Shown in pieces: positions 1 through 12,900 of a stretch of DNA of 64,000 nt. The stretch is from Azolla caroliniana (Eukaryota > Plantae > Polypodiophyta), in assembly GCA_043228905.1 (NCBI GenBank), contig JBHGNT010000022.1, positions 3,720,001 through 3,784,000 on the forward strand, read 5' to 3'. The notes under the pieces were generated by a model that saw only the letters and a list, made by a program, of their open reading frames with translations, did no database searches and was not told the DNA's origin. Every line of letters starts with the position of its first letter. The stretch's first letter is position 1. The position numbers and the translations under genes are program-made.

Positions 1-3000
1 TTCGTACAAGACGAGGTCTCACACTCCATGATCCTCGAGCAACCCTTTATCACGGCTTCACGGATGGAGACGAAGGTGCTCGATAGCGGTGCGACTTTTG
101 CACGAATTTGGAGCCAAAACGGAGGGAAATCCGTCCAATTCCTAACGGTGCCGGAAATCATGAAAGGAACAAGAGAGAGCTCTTGTCCCAAACAAGAATG
201 GATTTTTAGAGTGGAATATTGCGGAGTGGGGAAGTGATAGTCCGAGAAGCCTTGATACCCCACACAAGAAGAAACCTCTCAGAGCAAAACAAGTACGAAT
301 CGGTCTAGATGGGGCATCCACGTACACGGTCGTAACCGGAGGAATGAAGAAAGAATACCGAAAAGTGGAGGATAAGTTACGGTCGGCATCAATAATAAAA
401 GAAGATGAAGAAATCGTGGGAATAGTTGAAGAAGTGTTCTATGGGACCACGTTACAACGGCTTGAAGAGCTCGCGGAAGATACAAGCCAGGGAAACCGGG
501 TAATTCCGGTGGAATCGGTCGAGATGTACGAGATCATTGCGAAAATGGGGCCGGATGCGCTCCGCAAAGAAGAAGCAATGGTAAGTATGAAATACAAGAC
601 CGTGGAGAAGAAGGTGAAACCAACCGCGGGACCGTTACCCGCCGATAGCGAACAAAAGAGGAAAGAAGTCTCGGGGGATCCGACACTTCGGAAGTCCATG
701 GATATTGGACATGCCTTCATGGATGACAACCGGAAGAAACTTCGGATCGGTGGTGGGTTCCTATTAAAGAATGAAGAAGAACGATTCCGTGGGATGCTAG
801 AGCGACATGGGAGAGCATTTGCATTTACATCGAAAGAAAGAGGATGCGCTGACCCGAAGATAGTGGAGTCGATGGTGATCTTCATGATTGACCATGTGTC
901 GTGGAACCTGAAGCCGATTCCGGTGCCACGGGCACATATTTTGAAAATCATCGACTTGCTCAAGGAGAAGGTGGCGATGGGGATTCTAGAGCCATCAAAT
1001 GCTCTGTACTCAAATCAATGGTTTACGGTTCCGAAGAAGAATGGGTCACTCTGATTTATCCAAGACTTGCAACCGGTGAACAAGGTCACGATCCGGAACT
1101 CCGGAGTCGGTCCGATAGTGGACGAATTTGCGGAAGCATTTGCCGGTCATGCGATATACTCTATCGGATACCTCTACTCGGGGTATGACCAATTCCAACT
1201 AGCCGTGGAGAGCCGAGACATCACTACCATGCAGACACCGATAGGATTAGTCCATATGTGTACGCTACCACAAGGCGCGACGAACTCGGTCGCACATATG
1301 ATGAATGCAATGAACAAGGTGCTTCGAGACTGCATTCCGGAGATAATGATGCCGTTCCTAGATGACATTCCGATGAAAGGATGCACGGTAGAAGAAAAAG
1401 ATGAAACTATGGATGATCGAGGATGCCGAAAGTTCGTAGTCGACCATATTCGTGATTGCGAGAAAGAGCTTCGAAAGTTAGAAGATGTGCACCTAACACT
1501 TTCCAGGGAGAAATCGGCATTCAGGCAAGAAGAAATATTGGTAGTTGGACATCTATGTGGGCCCTACGGCCAAAGACCGTCACCGACCAAGATCAATGCA
1601 GTTCAAGCTATGAAAGAAATATGTGAGTCACAATCCGAAGGTTTCTCGGAGCATGTGCATTCTACCACATAAGGATTCCACACTATGCACATATTGCAGA
1701 CCCACTCTATCACTTGTGGCGGAAGGGTAAGAAGTTTGAATGGAAACTGGAGCATACCAAAGCCGTGAAGAAGATCAAGAAATCACTACGAAGGGCAAAA
1801 GCACTAAAGAAGTCGAACTATGACCGACCGATCATAGTAACGGTTGACACAAGTCCAACCGGAATTAGATGGGTCATCAATCAAGTCGATCCGGATGGTT
1901 CGCGATATCCGATCCGATTCTGAGGAAAGGTTCTCAACGAAAGGCAACGCGGATATGTACAAGTCAAAAGAGAATTACGGGGAGTTGTGTCGGCAATCAA
2001 ATCGGATCGAGATTATTTGATGGGAGCCGAAGTACTGATCAAAACGGATTGTCTTCCGATACTCGGGATGATGCGGAGTTGCACGATACCGAATGTGGCT
2101 ATGCTAAGATGGATTGCATATGTTAAGTCGCTTAATCCGGAGGTACGGCACATCTCCAGAAAAGATAACACGGTAGCGGATATGCTATCAAGGGCACGGT
2201 TCGGAGATGACATAACCGAATCTGATAATGAAGAAGTTTCCAAAGACTACTTTGCTTCGGAGCACATATGTCGGGTGAACGTAATCCGAGAATTCCAGGA
2301 AGAAGAATACGAGGGAGAAAGCTTGTTGATCAGGAAAGTGCTACAAGAAATCGAGGAATCCTCGGATAATAAAGAGAAGAGAGCCGAGATCCGAAGTAAG
2401 AAGCGGCAAGTTCGAAAGTTCTTCTTGAAAAATGCATTAATATGGAGGGAGTCGAAAAGACTGGATGGCATACCACTTCGGGTAGTCGGGACGAAAGAGC
2501 AACGAAACCGGATAATGTTCGAATTTCACGAATCTGATTGGGCTGGACATCGAGGAACGTGGGAAACTTTTGTGAAAATCAAACAAAAATATTGGTGGAA
2601 GAACATGTACAAAGATATAGCAGAGTTCATGGAAAGCTACGAGAAGTGTCCAATCTACTCCGGAGTTCGACACCGAGATGAGTTACATCCGACATTCTCA
2701 CCGACAATCAACTTCAAATGGATGGTCGATATTGTAGCCATGCCTACTGGGATCGGACAAAAGAAGTACTTGGTGTTAGCTCGGGAAGATCTCACAAACC
2801 AAGTAGAAGGTCGAGCGCTACGAAGGAAAACGTGTTCTACAGTATGCCAATTTCTTTTGGAGGAGGTGTTTTGTAGGTACAGGTGTGTAGGACAAGTGAT
2901 TGCGGATCGGGGAGAACTTGACTCTGAAAAAGCTAAGGAATTCTTCACCAAACATGGAGTTTGGTTAACACTGATAACGACATACAATCCGGAAACCAAC

Positions 3001-4501
3001 GGGAAGATCGAACGAGGACATAGTCCGATCATCAAAGCACTTGCGAAGGCATGCGATGGAAGGGTGAAGTATTGGCCGCAGATGCTTCCGTATGCACTAT
3101 GGGCGGATTGGATGATGCATAGCTCCGTAACCGGTTACATGCCGGCAGAACTCATGACTGGGCAAGCACCGGTAATGCCAACGAAAACCGTGATCGCGAC
3201 ATGGACAATGCTACTATGGAAGGAAGAGATGAGCCGGGAAGAACTACTAGCGGTCCGGATACGACAACTAGATAGAAGACCGGAAGACATAGCGGAAGCA
3301 ATACGCCGACAACAAGAAGCGTGATTCCGCAATAAAAGCCGGTTCGACACAAAGCACCGACTACAACCGCGGAAGATTGAAGCAGGAGATTGGGTGATTG
3401 TCTACGACAGTAGTTTAGATCATCAACATACAACAATACGGAAGTTCGCGAAAAGGTGGTTCAGGCCATACGAGGTTCGGAAAGTTTTCAACAACGGAAC
3501 TTCCCGACTATGTGAGTTGGATGGAACGATGCTACGAGTGCCTATAGCCGGGAAACGGGTGAAGATTTTCAAGAAACGAACTAATGAAGAACCCTATGTG
3601 ATCCTAGACAAGACAGACAAGAAGGAGCAATTGGACGAAGATCGCGGTGATGCGGAAAGCGAAGAAAGTGGATTACAACTCATAGTCGACTTAAGGGGAG
3701 AATTGGAGGAAGCTTCGGATGAAGGTGAATAGCAAGCATCGGGGACTTCGACACATACCGAAGGATGTGCGGGTTCGGAGGGGGCGAGTGTCGTAGTGTG
3801 AATCACACACTACGTGAAATATGTAAAATACGTATAATAAATAAAATAAAATATTAAAATTATTTATTACGTGCATAGGGCAGGATTCAAACCTTGTACC
3901 TCCACATAGACAAACCCCAACCTTACCATTGTACTAAATTATCCTAAGTGTTTTAAATATAGATTTAATACGTATAAGACCTTTATTTACGCCTACCTTT
4001 ATTAAAAGGAAAGTCATGCATTTTTTAGAATGTGTGAATACTTTATTTATAAGAAAAATGTACACCAATAAAAAAAACAGACTTGTGCACATCTAGCGAG
4101 CATGAGCACTATATTTAGGAAATAAAAGCATAATGTAAAAAGGCAACTCATGCACATTTAATGTGCATGAACACTTTAGAAAAAGCATGAAGCTATGCTT
4201 AGCCTCTTCCATCCTTATATAAGGAGGAAAGAAAGATGTATGGGGGTTGTTGCTTATTTTACAAGGGTGGATTAATATAATATAATCGTGGGATTCACGA
4301 ATTCGCTAACTATTTTTTTCTCTCTTAACCTAAGTACTCACTAATACACTATACTCGTGGGATTCACGAGTTTTTCATATCTTTCTTTCTTACAACATAT
4401 TTGATATTCTTCATTGCCTTAGAATTTCCTTTTCTCCTAGTCCAAAACCTCAGTGGTTCCCGCCCGGCTCACGCAACGATCCGGAGCCGAAACGCACGAC
4501 A
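1..4501 (+). mobile_element. Ty3/Gypsy LTR retrotransposon G1 (5' part outside window), degenerate PR-RT-RH-INT plus 3' LTR
   Basis: ORFs 344-1054, 1067-1672 (LPQGATNS, FLDD), RNase H 1714-2200, integrase 1987-3324 (HRG..C, DRGE, YNPETNGKIER), 3394-3732; purine-rich PPT ending 3788; LTR 3789-4501 with TGTCGT...ACGACA ends; right flank ACGT inside Copia C1. Confidence 0.93.
3789..4501 (+). repeat. 3' LTR of G1 (713 bp)
   Basis: Follows PPT GGAGGGGGCGAG, inverted termini TGTCGT/ACGACA, TATA-like CTTATATAAGG at about 4214; Copia coding sequence resumes at 4502. Confidence 0.85.
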
Positions 4502-6334
4502 ACGTCTCATAGGTGGCCTTGATTGGAAGGAGGTCCGGTTTTGCTTACCAAATAGGCAGTCGGTGCACCTCTCAAGATGCACGTTCTTCACCGAAATGAG
4601 GTTGTCATCGGCAAGCCTCTTCATCCCCTTCACGCTCATATAACACAGTCTCTTGTGCCACAACTCACCGGCAGTGTCGGAAGCCACGTTCACTTCTTCT
4701 GGGCATAACCGGGCATTCATCAAGTACAACGTGGTGACCTTCCGGGCCCGAGCCACTATCAAGCTCCCTTTGCTGAATTTCATGACTCCGTTCCGAATGT
4801 TACCCGTGTAGCCTTCATCATCTAGCCGATCGGCTGATATCAGGTTCAGTCGAACCTCCGGAACATGTCAGACATCCTTGAGCAGTAGCTTGCATCCGGC
4901 TGGTGTTGTCAACCACACGTCTCCTATGCCGACAATTCGGCATGTACCTTCATTCCCCATCCGGACAGAGCTGTGATCATCGGCTATGTAGGATGAGAAG
5001 TATTTCTGATCTGGGGTAAGGTGGAACGATGCTCCAGAATCGACAACCCACGTTGTCTCGTCGCCAGCAAGGTTCAACTCACTCTCCTCAGTGATGAGCA
5101 TCAACTCTTCTTCACTTGTCACGATTGTCGTCGTTCCCTTCCAGCCCGACTTCACTCTTGCTAGGGATAACTGTTTCCCTTCCAGCCCGACGTTGCCCAA
5201 GGTGACAACCAACGTCTCCCAACTATTTGGGAGGGAACCGAGTAGGAGTAGTGCTAGTACCTCAGCGGCGAGAGGTACTTCCAATGATGTTGCCTGGTGG
5301 ATCAACCCCTGTAAGGTATTCATGTGCTCCGCTATACTGGAGCCATCTTGGTACCAGAGTCTTACTAGCTTCCGAAATACCGAAACCTGATTAACAACAT
5401 TTTTTTTCTGAAACATAATGCCGATCTTCTCCCAGAGCTCATGAGCCTTGCTTTGTTCATTGAAGTTGTGGTATAAACTCATGTCGATGAAGCACCGTAT
5501 GTACGCCGTTGTCTTCATGTGCATCACCTCCCATATCGTGGCATCGATTTTTTCCGGTCTCTTGTCCTTGAACTCAACCAACAGCCAAAGATCTTTAACC
5601 ATGAGCATGTCCCTCATCTTCGACTTCTACCCTGAGTAGTTGGAGCCGGTGAGCTTGAACATGCCTCCCAACGAATCTTCCATTTTCCTGTGTCATTTTG
5701 CTCTGATACTAGTTTGACAGGAAATATGCGGAATAATCTCCGGCCACAACTGAAGCGTAGATCACTTGATGACAATCAAACACAGAAGAAATGGGAATGG
5801 AGGTAAGTACACAAACAGAAAGAGAATACAGAGGATGTTAACATGGAAAACCCCCCGAGAGGGAAAAACCGCGGGAGCCCATAGACTCCAAACTATCACT
5901 ATGCCAAGGAGTACAACAGGGAGCACAGAGGCAACGACCTCCTGCTGACGATCTTCGCCTAGCGGCGGTTACAACAGAGACATGCTCTGTATCGCTCTCT
6001 CTCTCTCTCTCTCTGTGTACAGTCGTTACACCAATTACACTATACAAAGATAATAACAACAACTATCAGAATAAAAAGACTATTTGCCCTAGGTCACATT
6101 TATACTAATATGACATTAGGACTATTTACAGATATAGCCCCAATGGGCTCTCAGAAACATATCTACATATATGTCCCTTCATCCGGCGAGAGGTTCTCAT
6201 CGGGTCTTCCTTGCCGGGTACTCGTCATCCGGTTCTCACCGGGTCTTCCTTGCCAGGTACTCGTCCTCCAATTGTCACCGGGTGTTCTGATGCCGGGCCT
6301 TCGTATCCCATCCGGAGGGACCGAGATCCTAACA
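4502..6334 (-). mobile_element. Ty1/Copia element C1, 5' part (LTR, PBS, gag, PR, pre-integrase), interrupted by G1
   Basis: LTR 5715-6334 (TG..CA); tRNA-Met PBS GCTCTGATACTA 5700-5711; gag ATG at 5683; WVVDSGASFH protease and LWHKRL..C..C motifs; same family as elements at 51369 and 54165. Confidence 0.92.
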
Positions 6335-9300
6335 CATTGATGATCGTCCCATTGTTTCAAGAAATATCATAGAAGAGTCAGAGCCCGTTAATATTGTCCT
6401 AGATAATTTAGTATGTGTAGTATCCTTTAATATAATTATTATCCCAGAACATCCCATCGTTTTGGGATTACCATGGTTCGAATTACATAACCCAAACATA
6501 GATTGGAGAACAAGAGAAATCCGGTATCGACAAACCCAAAGATCTACTCATAAGATTGCAACCATTTCGCTACATCAGTTGCCTGAGGAAGGACGCAAGG
6601 AAGAAATGTTTCTGTTGAGAGTCGAACTCAACTTCCCATAGAAATAGGTTTCACACTGGCTCATGGACATACCATTCTAGTTTTGTAAATAGTAGATAGG
6701 TCCCTTGCCCTAGTTTAGTTGGTATTTCCACCAACCTTTTCTAACCTGGTTAACAATTGGAGGTACTATACAGTTTTCTTATTAAGAGCTCTCTCTTTCT
6801 CTCTCTTTGTTTTGTTGTACACACACACACACACACTCAATCATCTTCCGCTACATTACACCACCAACTCCATTTCTTTACATTATATCAAAGCGTGTGG
6901 TTGCTTAATCGAATCTATTCAACTGTGTTGTGGTACACGCCTACGATCAACAGAACCGGTTTATTAACAGAGAAGAAATCAGTATGAATACTCAAATGGG
7001 AAGCGCTCTTCCTACGGAGAAGCTCGACAGGACAAATTTCACATATTGGGAGTACAAGATGCATTAGTACCTTGTCGGACAAGGATACTAGAGTTATATT
7101 GAAGGAGCTCATGAAACGCAACCCAACCCGACACACGCCGACTACCCAGCGTGGGAGCATGCGTACATGATCACATGCTTGGCTATATTTGAGAGGCGAA
7201 AACGCCAAAAGAAGCATGGGGCAATCTCAAGAAGATCTTCGCGACCAATACGGTTGCCCGCAAACCCCAGCTTCGTCAGTAGTTAAATGGCATTCAACAA
7301 AGGGACATGTCAATCAGCAGCTACGCCTTGAAGATCAAGGAGCTGTCTGATGCACTCGGGTCGATCAATGTTGGCATTGATGATGAAGAAATGGTGTAGA
7401 TATGCCTCGGAGGCTTGGCACCTCGATTTAGCACAATAAGGTCCACCGTCCTCGCAAGAGAGAATCCTCCCACCTTTTTCGATCTCCAGTCAATGTTGTT
7501 GGTCAAGGAAAATCATGCTCGACAAAGGAGCAACACACTAGAGGGTCAGATGCTCTACTCCCAGCCGGATGATAGAAGAAATTTCGTCCGTGGAGATAGA
7601 GATCGATTCGGACACGGCCATCACAGTCGGCGGATCCAAGAGTGTAACTCCCACCAATGGTAAGTGGACAAGAACAACTCTAGAGAGTTCGGTAGAAGGG
7701 GGAGTCATCAAGCCGGACCAAGCAATCACAATAACCCAATCGAATGCGTATATTGGGGAAAACTCAGACACTACGAAGAGGAGTGCTGAAAGAAGAAGCG
7801 AGACTCCACTTCGACCGGTCGAATGTTCACGAATTACGCATTGAATTCCGACTACGACAAACGTAGCGGAATGTTCATGAATTCCGCATCGAGTTCCGAC
7901 TAAGACGATCGTAGCGGAATGTTCATGATGCGGCACAAAGCGCACTCAATGGCAACTCAAGGTGAAACAAGCACCACACCCTTAGAGAATGTATGGTTTG
8001 TTGACTCGGGAGCATCCAACCAGATGATGTGTCATAAAGATTGGTTTCGGGAATTACGAAAACCCAAACGTCCCGGATATGTCAAGACACACGATGACAT
8101 GACCCATCCAATACAGCATGTCGAGAACGTCCCATTTGGAAACAACGGCAAACAAACCTACCTCAAGAACGTACTACATGTTTCTACAATCAAGAAAAAC
8201 TTGGTCTCGATCAGCCAAATTGTTGAATAAAGAATGCAAGTACAATTCAATAATGATGGGTGCTTTCTCGAAAGAGGCGATTGAGTCGTAGCTCACGGAC
8301 GTCGTGAAGGCCGTATGTTTGTCCTCGAATCGAAGGAGGTAAAATTGGCCATGTTTGCAAAGGGCCTCAAAGTCGAAACCAACCTAAACTTTTGGCACAA
8401 GAGAATTGGTCACATCAATCTCCAAAAACTTCAAAACATGCAATCGAGAAGAGTCATACTCGGACTCCCGAACTTTACCGTGCAGGAGATTATGGGCATA
8501 TGCGAAGCGTGCTAGTTCAAAAAGCAACACCGACATCCAATCCCGAAAGAGTGGAATGTGAGCAAAGGGATCCCGGATGTCGTACACTCAGATGTATGGG
8601 GACCGGTCCAGACAAGCACACTCGGCAGATTTACATTACGTTTATCGACGACTTCTCTAGGAACACTTGGATCTACCCGATGAAACAAAAGGACAAAGTG
8701 TTCAAATACCTCCAGAGATTCAAAGCCAAAGTCGAAAAAGCTACGGATCGGCATGTACGCTGCCTTCGATCAGATAGAGGTAAAGAATATTTTTCGGATG
8801 AATTTATGGCGTATCTCCAAAAGGAAGGAATCCGACGAGAATTTTCCTGCCGTCACACACCTCAGCAGAATCGCATAGCTGAGCGTAAAAACTGGCACAT
8901 AGTAGAAGTCGCTCGGGCTATGATGCATGAGAAGAATCTGCCGAAATCATACTGGGTAGAAGCGGCAAACACGGTCTTATACCTCATGAATAGTTACACA
9001 ACCTCGGGAGTACACGACATAACTCCTCATGAGAAGTTTTTTTGAAACAAGCCGGACTTATCACATGTCCGCATTTTCTGCGCAATCGCTTACGTACATA
9101 TTCCCGACGACACGTTGTCGTGTTGTTACGTGCATGCGTGGAGAACGAGGCAGGACCACCGGGGCCTCGGACCGAGAAATAACCAAATGAGGGGAGGGGA
9201 AGGAAACTAACGGCGTAATTCACACGCGCACAGACCCACAGAATCACAGGAATTGCAACTAGCTATAGAACGCGAGATGGAGACAGAACGAATGTTTATG

Positions 9301-9736
9301 CAAATATAAATCAAGGTGTTACAACCGGCAAGCCGACGAGTGATGGGCTCCGACGCCTGCGCACACACACACCCACATATACAGAACGCGAGATGGAGGC
9401 TCTGCTGGGAGCACTCGGGCGTCCCGCGGAGCAGAGTCAACCTCTCGAAACCTGCACAAAACGATTATGGAGACGACAGAGGAGAGGAGAAGCGCTCGGT
9501 TCCACTCCGGCAGCATTTCTTCCTCCACAAATGCGATATATTTTTTCAATACCTCTCCCTCTCTGTTATAGCCCAAGGAGGGAGGCCGTTACCACCCGTT
9601 ACATCATGTTTATTCCCTGTCCTTTCAGACAGGGATATGCCTTGATTTTCTCCCTACTGAATGCGTGCTACTTAGGATTTCACCTTAGCCGACTTATACC
9701 TATCTACGTACTATACAACAAAACTTGTGCCCACGT

Positions 9737-9933
9737 TATCGCGTTGTTACGCGCGTGTGTGGGGAACGAGGCGGGACCACCGTGGTCTTGGACCGAGAAA
9801 TAGCTGAGAAGGAGGAGAGCGGAAAGGCAACGGACACACTTGCACACGCACAGACATGGGAGCACACAGGGATCACAGTCCAACAACACAACAAACGAGA
9901 CGACTAGAAGTCTGAGTATATGAACACATATGC

Positions 9934-9965
<32 letters not shown>

Positions 9966-12900
9966 CGAGACGGTTACAACTAATAGGCCGGCAAGGCGAA
10001 CACCGACGGTTGTTCACTCACACACACAGAAGAGCGAGATAGAGACTTTGCCGGAAGCACACGAGCGTTCCACGGAGCAAAGTCAACCTCCCGAAAACCT
10101 GCGCAAAAATGGCTATGGAGAGTGGCAAAGGAGAAGGGCTCGGTCCTAGTTCGGCAACACTTCGTCCTCTCTATCGCGCGATCCCTTTCCCCATTCCTCT
10201 CCCTTTCTTTTATAGCCCAAGGAGGGAGGTCGTTATCATCCATTACATCACATTAATTCTCTGTCCTTTCGAACAGAGATACACCTCGATTCTCTCCCTA
10301 CTGAATGCGTGGTACCTAGGATTTCACCTCAGCCGACTTGGACCTACCTACTTACCATACAACGAAAAGTGTGCTCATGTGGAAGGGCCGGTTTACACAC
10401 GCTAAACTCGGTTTCCGCCGAGGGGCGGTTTTCTTCACGGCATCCGCCCCCACCTAACCACGCATCCACCGGTAGGTACCAAAATTGGGCTCTTGCTTTA
10501 CTCCTCGTCTTCCGGATCGTCATCCGCCTCGGACCGCCTGTCGTCACCGTCCATGCTTTCTAGATCCGGCTCGCACTCGTGTCGTTTCTTAAATGCTTTG
10601 AACCTCTTCCCCGCTACCGGTATTGCCATCCTCGTACCGTCGAGCTCCGCAAGATGGTAGGTCCTATTGTCGTTGGCACCTATCACCACGTAAGGCCCGA
10701 ACCACCTCCTTGCAAACTTTCGCGTTGCCCTGTGCTGGTTGTTGAGGTTGCTGTCATACACTAGGACCCAGTCGCCTTCCTCGATTTTCTTCGGTCGCAG
10801 TTGGTGACTCCGGTCAAACCGCCCTTTGTTCTTCAACCTTGCCAACCGAAGCTTCTCCACGGCTCTTTCCACGTCCTCCGGCCTTCGCTCAAGTTGTCGA
10901 ATCCGTGCCGCTAGCAGCTCCTCCCAGCTCATCTCATCTATCCAGTCGACCGTGGCCCATGAGGAGATGGTTCACTCTGTTGGCATGATCGGCCTCTATC
11001 CATACATAAGCTCTGCCGACATGAACCCGGTTACCAAACTGTGCGTAGTTCGGTCCGCCCACAAGGCATAAGGTAGCAGTTGCGGCCAGTTCCCGACTTG
11101 GCCTTCACATGCCCGTACTAGCGCTTTGACGATCGGCCCGTGTCTGCGCTCCACCTTCCCGTTAGCCTCCGGATTGTACGTTGTGGTGAGCGAGAGTTTG
11201 ACACCTAGTCGGTGAAACAACTCTTCAGCCTCTTGCACGTCCAACTCTCCACGGTCAGCCACGATCTTTCCTATGCTCCCGTACCCACATATCACGTCCT
11301 CGATTAGAAATCGGCACACAGCCACAGTCGTTTTTTTCTGCAGCGCTCGGCCTTCAACCTGGTTCATCAAATCCTCCCGAGCCAGCACCAGATACCGCAT
11401 CTGTCCTACCCCCATCGGCATCGTCACCAAATCCACCATCCATTTGAAGTGGACGGTCAGACGGTAGGTCGGGTAAAGCTCGTCCTAGTGTCGGACTATG
11501 GAATGCATCTGACAGCTTTCGCAAGTCGTCACGAACCGATGCACGTCCCGGTACAGTCCCGGCCACCAGTACTTCCCCTTTAGCTTCTCGAACGTGGCCC
11601 ACGTTCCGCGGTGTCCGGCCCAGGGACACTCGTGGTAGGCCTCCAACAACTCCTCTTGTTCCTCCTTCTTCGCCACCACTCGGAGCGAGATGTCGTCCCT
11701 CTTCTTCGGGTGCTTCCATATGTACCCGTCCCGAAGGAAGAATCGGTACGCTTTCTTCCGGATCCGGTTGGTCTCTTCCTTTGTCCACGCCGCATCCGGT
11801 GTCATTGTTTTCAGGAGCCCGCCGATCTGGAGCCACTCCCGGTCATACTTGCTCTCATCGAATTCGTTAAGCGCCGGAGTGCTCCCCTATCTGGTCGTCA
11901 CGTATGCCGCCTCGAAGAAATCTACGCCGACTTCCTCGTCCTTCGAAACCATGCCGTCCTTGTTTTCGAACCTCGCCCTTGAGAGCATTGTCTTTTCCGG
12001 AAATCTGTCGTATCTCCGGATTCAGGGACTTGATGTACGTTATCCATCTGAGCATTGCCAGGTCCGGCGTCGCGCATCCGGAAACCATGCCAAGAATCAG
12101 CAGGCAGTCCGTCTCGATTATTACCTCTGTCCCGATCAGGTAGTCTTTATCGGCCTTCACTACCGAAACGATACCCCAAAGTTCGCGTTTAACCTGGGCG
12201 TATCCTCGCTGTCGCTCACTGAGGACCTTCGCGCCGAACCGGATGGGGAACCTCGTGCCAACGTCATCCTCTTGGTTGATCAACCGCCCGATCCCGGTCA
12301 GCCTCGTGTCCACCGTCATGTAGATGGGGACACCCTTGCCGTAAGCCACTTTACGGAGAGTTGGTGCTACCATAAACGCCTCCTCTAGTCTCCAGACCGA
12401 CTCTGTGTGCTCCGTCCTCCACTCGAGCCTACACCCTTTCTTCAACAACCCGTAGAGCGGCTCCGCAACATGCGCGTAGTGCGGAATCCAGATGTGGTAG
12501 AACGCGCACGCCCCCAAGAATCTGCGGACCTCCGTAACAGACCCGCATTCGTCCTTCATCACGGAGATGGCTTCTACCTTTGCTGGAGACGGTTTCCTAC
12601 CGTAAGGCCCGCACAGGTGTCCGACCACCAAGATCTCTGACTGCCCGAATGCCGATTTTTCTCCGGAGAAGGTGAGTTGTGCGCTCTCGAGCCTCTGCAA
12701 CACCTTCTCGCAGTCGTTGATGTGGTTCACGACGAACCTCCGGCATCCGTCCGGCCCGACAGTCTCGTCCACATCTTCCACTGGACACCCCTTTATCAGG
12801 ATGTCATCCAAGAATGGCATGGTGATGTCCAGGATGCAGTCCCTCAACACTTTGTTCATTGCGTTCACCATATGCGCCACCGAGTTCGTGCCACCTTGTG

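Noticed and set aside
9941-9965. (TA)n and other (GA)n/(CA)n tracts; 48-bp and 15-bp duplications near 7821 and 15667
   Set aside because: Ordinary microsatellites and local slippage in decaying elements
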